A DNA stretch of 64,000 bases from Azolla caroliniana (taxonomy: Eukaryota; Plantae; Polypodiophyta). Every line of letters begins with the position of its first letter. The first letter of the stretch is position 1. The notes below the pieces were generated by a model. The model worked only from the letters and a program-made list of their open reading frames with translations, did not search any database and was not told the origin of the DNA. The stretch covers positions 16,492,001-16,556,000 of the forward strand of contig JBHGNT010000001.1 in NCBI GenBank assembly GCA_043228905.1, written 5' to 3'. The translations under genes and the position numbers were made by a program. Below, in pieces: positions 59,447 to 64,000 of this stretch.

Positions 59447-61900
59447 GAATCGGTATGCCTTCTTCCGTACCCGGTTCGCCTTCTCTCTCGCCCATGCTGC
59501 GTCCGGCATCATTGTCCGTAGGAGCCTCCCGATTTGGAGCCACTCCCCGTCGTACCTGATTTCGTCAAATTCGTTAAGCGTCGGAGTGTCCCTTTTCCTC
59601 GTCATTACGTTAGCCGAACCGAAGAAGTCCTCACCGACTTCTTCGTCATCCAAAACCATGTCTTCTTCGTCGTTGAACCTTGCCCTCGAAAGCATGTCGT
59701 CCTTTCCAAAGATATGCCGTATCTCTGGGTTCATGGACTTAATGTACGCTATCCACCGGAGCATTGCTAGGTCCGGCGTCGCACATCCGAAACCATGCCG
59801 AGTATCGGTAGGCAGTCCGTCTCGATGATCACCTCCGTCCCGATAAGATAATCCTTGTCGGCCTTGACTGCCGAAACGACACCCCAAATCTCGCACTTAA
59901 CTTGGGCGTATCCTCGCTACCGCTCGCTCAATACCTTCGGGAATCGTACACCGTCCTTGTCCTCCTGATTGATTACCCACCCGATCCCGGTAGGGCTGGT
60001 GTCCACCGTCACGCAGATGGGAACATCCTTGCCGTAAACCGCTTTATGGATAGACGGCGCTACCGTAAGCACCTCCTTTAGTCTCCGTACTGACTCCGTG
60101 TGCTCCGTTCTCCACTCAAAGCTACGCCCCTTTTTCAATAGTCCATAGAGGGGTTCTGCGACATGTGCGTAGTGCGGGATCCAGATGTGGTAGAACACGC
60201 ATGCTCCCAAGAATCTGTGGACCTCCGTGACCGAATTGCAGTCATGCTTCATCGCGGAGATGGCTTCCACCTTGGCCGGAGACGGTTTCCGACCGTATGG
60301 TCCGCATAGGTGCCCGAAAACCATGATCTCTGATTGCTCGAAGGCCGACTTTTCCCCGGAGAAGGTGAGCCTTGCGCCTTCTAGTCTCTACAGCACCTTC
60401 TCGTAGTCATCGATGTGGGACGCCACGAAATTCTGACATCCGTCCGGCCCGATTGCCTCGTTCTTTTTCTCCACCGGGCATCCCCTGATCAGGATGTCAT
60501 CTAAGAATGGCATGGTGATGTCCAGGATACAATCCCTGAGCACTTTGTTCATCGCGTTCACCATGTGAGCCATTGAGTTCGTCCCTCCTTGTGGCAGGGT
60601 ACACATCCGCACTAGCCCGAGAGGAGTTTGCATCGTTGTAATGTCTCTGCTCTCCACGGCTAGTTGGAACTGATCGTACCCTAAGTTCAGATCACCTACA
60701 AAATAGATCGACCTTCCTGCGAAGGCCTCTGCGAACTCGTCTATGGTCGGTCCGATTCCTGCATTACGGATGGTCACCTTGTTGACCGGTTGCAGGTCCT
60801 GAATGAAGCGCAACGTGCCGTTCTTCTTCGACACCGTAAACCACCGATTCGAATACGGGGCACTTGATGGTTCGAGGATGCCGATCTCCACCTTTTGCTT
60901 CAGGAGCTCCATCAACTTCGGGATGTGAGCTCTCGGCACCGGAATCGGCTTGAGATTCCACAGTACATGCGGTACCGTGAAGATCACCATCGGTTCGACA
61001 ACTGTCGGGTCTACGCACCCGATCTCCTCCGGTGAGAATGCGAAAGCCTTCCCATGCCTCCCGAGCATTCTCCGAAACCGGTCCTCCTCCGCCGGCAGTA
61101 GAAAGCCACCCCCACCGACCTTAAGCTCCCGTAACGTTATGTCGGTGAACCGGTGCCCTATCCCAGCCGGATTCCGTACACTTGGGTCCGATGCGACCCC
61201 TTTTATCCGCTCCTCGCTGCCCTCTAGCAAGGATGCCGCAATTGGCCTCACCTTCCGGTCCACAGTGTTGTACTTTGTATCCACGCGGGCCATCTGATCC
61301 GACCCGATCCTTTCCCCGAAGTCCACGATGACTTTGTACATTCCCATTGACCCCAGAATGGTCCGGTCTTCTCTAAGATCTTCACCGATCACCTTTCGCA
61401 GTTCGCCCAAGGTGTCGTCAAAAGAGACCGCCTCCACGGCGCCGCTAATGTCTTCGTCGAGGAAGAGGACTCCGCAACCCCTGAGCCGCTCCTCCGCTCG
61501 CTTCCTCTCCCGGCCGCTGACGCCGGTTATAGTACAACCTCCATTGTCGGAGAACCAAAATTTCCTACCTATGGTACAGGTCCTCTTCCGTACTGTACAT
61601 TTGTGGGGTTCTTCCCGGGTGTCCGGACTATCGCGGCCCCACGCCTTGATAGCCCTCTCTAAAGATCCCCTTGGGTTTCGCCTCTGAGGGCCTTGTGGTT
61701 TCGTCGCACCATTAGGAACTGGACCGAGTGACGCTCGTCCTGGCTCTTGACTCTTGCATAGGCTGAACCGTTGTCTAGCACCTTGGTCTCCATCCGTGCC
61801 GCCGTGATATATGGCTCCCCTAGTATAACCGGATGTCAGGACGTCTCCTGCGCGAAGAAGTGTTGGTCGATCTCGACATTGCCGATTTTCACCCGTACGT

Positions 61901-64000
61901 TGTCGCGTTGTTACGCGCATGCGTGTGGAAGGGGCGGGACCACGAGGATCTTGGACTAGGGAGAAGAGGAGAAAGGTTAAGACAACGAATGGAAGATTAG
62001 CTCATAGCTCAAGAGGAGGAGAGAACGAATATGACATTATGATAGAAGAAGATGAAGAAGATCGAGTCAAGATACTCAACAAGAAGTTCGATTAAGAAAA
62101 CATAAACGCTTTACAATGGTGGCCGCCATGGCCGCACCAAATGACTATAAGAAAACCCTAAAGGAAAACCCAAGAAGAAAACCCTAACCGAACCCTAACG
62201 CACGACCTATGTGGTATACCTCGCACACTCAAAATAGGCAACCCCCACAATGGTGCCTTCTCTCTCCTTTTATAGCACAAGGAGGGAAGACTGCTTACAA
62301 AAGTGAGACTAAAATATCCCCTTTCATTCAAAGGGGATATTTGCCTTGATTTGGGGGAGGGTGAGATTGATGGCCCCTTAACTCACACCTCCTCACAAAC
62401 AACTAGGGACCTATGTACCGCATAATACCTCTCTCTCTCTCTCTCTCGTGGATGTGCATACAACCACATCACCTTTATACCTTTATTACTATTACAAATA
62501 CATTATGTACGTGTGCAACATTGCACATTGCTCTTTGGCTCTCGTTGCTTGGGTTTCCGCTTGTGGACGAAAATCTTCACGACATCCGCCCCCACCTAAC
62601 CGCACATCCTCTGGTATGTGCCAAAACATAGGGGAGAGAACACGAGATTTTCGGCCACGACGACCGACCGAGTCCTTAGCGTCCTCGTGGGCCCGCCTGG
62701 CTTTGTCTTCCACTTCGAGCAAGACCACCCCGTCCACACGAACCGCCGCCGCCTTCCAGCCCACCATCCTCGCCAAATGGTCTCGAACCGTCAGCGCCAT
62801 CCGATCCGCCACACCCACCATGGGTCCTTGAACCACCAACTACATCCAACCCACCGTATCCGATGCCCGTGCTTTCCTCCCCGTTTGGTCCTCCCGAACA
62901 TCGTCGCCGACCCGGTTGCTCTTCCTTTGTCCGCCTCGTATATCCTCCGGATGCGCTCCCGGTCGCATGCCGGATTCCGCCCTTTGCGAGCCGCACACCT
63001 GGGCGTGCCGACTCTCTCCGCTCCGCGCTTGCCTTCCATAGGCTTTCCCCGTATGTTGATGTTGCCCTCCGAATGCGTGCTCGTGCTTCGGTCCTTCGAT
63101 GACCCCATCACGCGTTTTTCACTTTCCCCTTTTTCGCCGTGCTCTCTCGTAGTAGAGCGTATCGTCATCCCTACCTCCGTGTCGGTGTCCCTCGAGGCTC
63201 TCGTTATCGCCTCGCCTCAACTTGCGCCTTCTTGGCCCGTTTGGCCTTGTATGCCCTCCGGGAAGCCGCCGCGCTTTCTCTTCCCGGTGTGTACCCCGTT
63301 GTTCTCCGCGCATCTCCTCCGTTTTCCTAGATACGACTCTCCGCTCATGCCGATCGCGCTCGGCCCATGTCGTCGATCTTGGTGTTTCGCCGCGCCGTCC
63401 TTCGTCCCGCGTTTGCCTCTCGAAGGCTTGATCCGACCGTCATCGTCGGTCAATCGTTGTCACCCATCCGCCGTATGCATGCTTGTGTCTTGGCCCTCCA
63501 CCGGCCGTATTGCATGCGTCTCGTGTCGTGCTTCCGCCGTAGACCCGACCTCCGCGTCGGTCTCCAACTCCTCGCCGCCACCCACCGCTTCTTCGTTCTC
63601 CTTTCGATCCGCGACCGCCGATGCCTCACGGGTAGGTGTGGAGGGTTCCTCCCACTCTCGGTTCACCACCGAGTCCTCGCCTCTCAAAGGTTCAATCGGT
63701 CCACCGTTTCCAGTCACTCGTTGACGCTCTCTCAGATGCATGCTCGTTCTTGGGCCCTTCACCAACCGTAGTGCATGCTTCGTGTTACGCCCTTCATCCG
63801 CCGTAGACCCGACCTCTGCGTCGGCCACTTCTTCCTTTGTCACCGTAGCCCGTTCCGACCCGAGCTCACCATCTTGGACCCGCTCGTCCATCATCTCATA
63901 CCGGATACCCGCTCCGATAACTTTGTCCGCTTCGGCCTCTGACTCCTCGCCGCCACCCACCGTCTCTTCGGTCTCACGTTGATCCGCAACCGCCGAAGTC
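61901..64000 (-). mobile_element. L: K-family element (3' LTR and repetitive 3' internal region) inserted into the K protease
   Basis: LTR 61901-62584 is homologous to solo-2 and to the K LTR termini. PPT ggtgggggcgga at 62596-62585, flank acgt at 61897-61900. The element runs out of the window. Confidence 0.85.

Larger units (their letters stand above)
51971..61900 (-). mobile_element. K: degenerate non-chromovirus Ty3/gypsy (3' LTR, INT, RH, RT, part of PR), host of F and L
   Basis: 3' LTR 51971-52687 (tgtcgcg..cacgaca), PPT at 52688-52699, integrase ORFs 52793-53023, 53027-53803 and 53825-54003, RH ~59600-60050 (VDTSPTGIG), RT 60050-61200 (LPQG, FLDD). Confidence 0.9.

Noticed and set aside
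62618-63724. 368-aa plus-strand ORF
   Set aside because: Low-complexity P/S/R-rich sequence antisense to a GC-rich repetitive region, with no domain and no evidence of coding.

Overview
The whole 64 kb is a deeply nested cluster of LTR retrotransposons. I found no host gene, RNA gene or CRISPR array. The lineage mix (tRNA-less class-I chromoviruses, non-chromovirus Ty3/gypsy elements with Arg/Trp primer sites, and Tork-like and other copia elements) suggests a non-seed land plant such as a fern, lycophyte or bryophyte; this is inference only. About 20 elements or solo LTRs can be delimited by TG..CA termini, target-site duplications (TSDs), primer-binding sites (PBS) and polypurine tracts (PPT). 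Labels used: Copia-1 (1-3347), Gypsy-A (3348-34426, minus), solo LTRs 1-4, Copia-B (9932-33236), chromoviruses C1/C2/C3, remnant D, intact copia E (18560-24035) and F (54004-59446), and G, H, I, J, K, L. Main observations: (1) a 3' LTR preceded by a duplicated tRNA-Arg 3'-end mimic ending in CCA instead of a PPT, a candidate for tRNA-type plus-strand priming; (2) a ~9 kb or larger inversion between two oppositely oriented chromoviruses, shown by swapped TSDs; (3) Tf1-like self-priming and a GUUAAAC -1 frameshift signal in the chromoviruses; (4) a gypsy family with 4-bp RYRY target sites and a tRNA-Trp PBS; (5) strong CCGG enrichment in the young elements and an LTR motif shared between copia and gypsy; (6) an intact copia with TG..TA LTRs. 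All comparisons were made by eye, tRNA matches come from recalled plant tRNA sequences, and boundaries marked approximate may be off by tens of bases.
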